Positions 48,640-50,364 of a stretch of DNA of 50,364 bases are shown one piece after another (position 1 is the first letter of the stretch; every line of letters begins with the position of its first letter). Below the pieces are notes generated by a model, which saw only the letters and a list, made by a program, of their open reading frames with translations, was not told the origin of the DNA and did not search any database. The stretch comes from Octopus bimaculoides (taxonomy: Eukaryota), in assembly GCF_001194135.2 (NCBI RefSeq), contig NC_068985.1, forward strand, positions 105,560,306-105,610,669. Direction: 5' to 3'. Both the position numbers and the translations under genes were made by a program.

Positions 48640-49100
48640 CGAAATTTTGAAGACTTTCAACCACGTCAGAAGTCATGTGATGTCACAGAAGTAAAATCTT
48701 TACTGGTTATATTTAGGGAAAATATTTGTGTACTGAGAATGCCGTCTCCGAATGCAAGCGTCGATGTATCAGCAGATAAAGTAGCTCTGTAGGTGTTTCG
48801 ACACTTTCCACCGCGACATTAGAGCTGCCCGAGCATCCCACCAATGTAGACCGCAGACATTCCACACAATGGCACGAGATTTGTTAAATTAAGTGTTACG
48901 ACTTTGGCGCAGATGCTTCTACCATCCTCGTCACTCGTTTTTGCTGTTTCCACTTGTCCTCACTCTTGAGCCAGATGTAATGGTTTGCTTTCTCAGCAGC
49001 TTCGAACAGTTTTCTGGCAGTATCTTTTTCTTTTTTTAATTAGTTTTGCCACAGCTTATCCAAGACTCCTGAACATTGAATGAATCTTGGTTACAACAAG
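48640..49100 (-). mobile_element. R2/Hero-like (REL endonuclease) non-LTR element 3' fragment
   Basis: HSMFRSLG..RKLFEAAEKANHYIWLKSEDKW, resembling the Hero C-terminal LSxAAExASxWIWxKR (from memory), followed by putative 3' UTR. Confidence 0.5.
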
Positions 49101-49451
49101 TTTCATGTCTGTAGTACTAACGATTAGATATGGATAAATATAGAAGACATGAGGAAATACAGAAGCTATTCAATACAACTTTGTGTGTGTGCGTGCGTGT
49201 GTTTTATATAAAACAATTGATCATTTTATTTGATATGATATTTTATCAAACAGAAATTAGTACTTATATCTGAGCTGACATTTTTCAATCACACCCAGCT
49301 GAACTTCGGTGTCTGCAGTTCGAAAGTTATTTTACGAAGAACTTTTTCTTCGATACGCCTTTGCTTCGTAACAGTTGCCAGCCAACAGATGACGAAAAAC
49401 ACCTACTAATTACATGATTAATTTCTGCGGCCACGTATCTAGAAAGAAAGT

Positions 49452-49790
49452 CAATTTTCTATTCAAGTGCGAATTTTCGAATCTTTTCTTTTCCGTCTTG
49501 GTGTTAATAAAACGGTTCACGGAAAATTTGTTTAGAATAATTTTCTCTTGATTCCCGAAAGATTTAGATGTATTTGAAATTGCTGGGAAAATTTAAAACC
49601 CACACGTGAAAAGAAAACTGACTTACACAATGGGTTTTCTATTCACGTCAGCTTTCTATTCACGTGTGAATTTTCGCATCTCCTTTCTTCCGTCCTGATA
49701 TTCAAAAGAAATTCGCAAAAATTCTGGTTAAAATAATTTTCTGCTGATCCCCAAAAGATCTAGATACTATTTTAAATTGTTGTGAAAATA
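49452..49790. repeat. Diverged ~200-bp tandem duplication
   Basis: tttctattcaagtgcgaattttcg.. (~49455) vs tttctattcacgtgtgaattttcg.. (~49653), with colinear downstream similarity. Confidence 0.7.
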
Positions 49791-49931
49791 CATTTTCTAT
49801 GAGGCATTTATTTATATANNNNNNNNNNAAAAGATCTAGATACTATTTTAAATTGTTGTGAAAATACATTTTCTATGAGGCATTTATTTATATATTACGG
49901 TATTTATAAATCTAGAAGTCGTGGAAATTCA

Positions 49932-49967
<36 letters not shown>

Positions 49968-50162
49968 CGATAATCATGTTTATTATCCCCATTTGAATAA
50001 ATAATTGTTTAAAATTTTGTTTTCTAATAATGATATCACTAGAACGTGTTTCCTTCGTTTCACACTCTTTCCAAATCCACAGCGTCATGTGGAACCAGTC
50101 CACGACGTAAACTGAGGGATAGGTGTATACATACCTACAGGCATATATACGTGCGTGTGTGC

Positions 50163-50208
<46 letters not shown>

Positions 50209-50364
50209 ACTAAAAGGTATAATGAATAAACACTCGAATCGGTAAAAACAACTTTATATCATTCCCAAATTATCAAACTTAAATATAAATATATATTAAA
50301 ACTATAGGGCACCCAATACATATATTCAGTATGTATTTACATTCGACTTTTTTATAATTTGGTA

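Noticed and set aside
49755-49894. Exact ~65-bp duplication around a 10-N gap (similar case at 34140-34330)
   Set aside because: Scaffolding artefact.

Overview
AT-rich, microsatellite-dense eukaryotic genomic DNA with 14 N-gaps, most of them next to simple repeats. The repeat families match, from memory and not from a search, coleoid cephalopod (Octopus-type) SINEs. I read this as intronic or intergenic DNA from a short-read Octopus assembly (inference). No host protein-coding exon could be supported. The long ORFs in the track are N-gap or microsatellite artefacts. Content: about 35 tRNA-derived SINE copies or fragments from at least 5 families; decayed LINE pieces (CR1-group, RTE, R2/Hero-like); a Ty3/Gypsy protease+integrase remnant; a Tc1/mariner 5' fragment; a Merlin-like and a hAT-like MITE, each with intact TIRs and an 8-bp TSD. 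The most notable signal is RNA-structural. A canonical type I hammerhead ribozyme (39472-39552) lies inside a ~277-bp element bounded by 17-bp inverted repeats, and a diverged second copy with compensatory changes lies at 21675-21941. Several minimal or degenerate hammerhead-like motifs also occur (Penelope-like ends; 3' UTR of a Hero-like LINE). A CR1-group LINE shares its 3' tail with one SINE family, and SINE domain shuffling is visible within the window.
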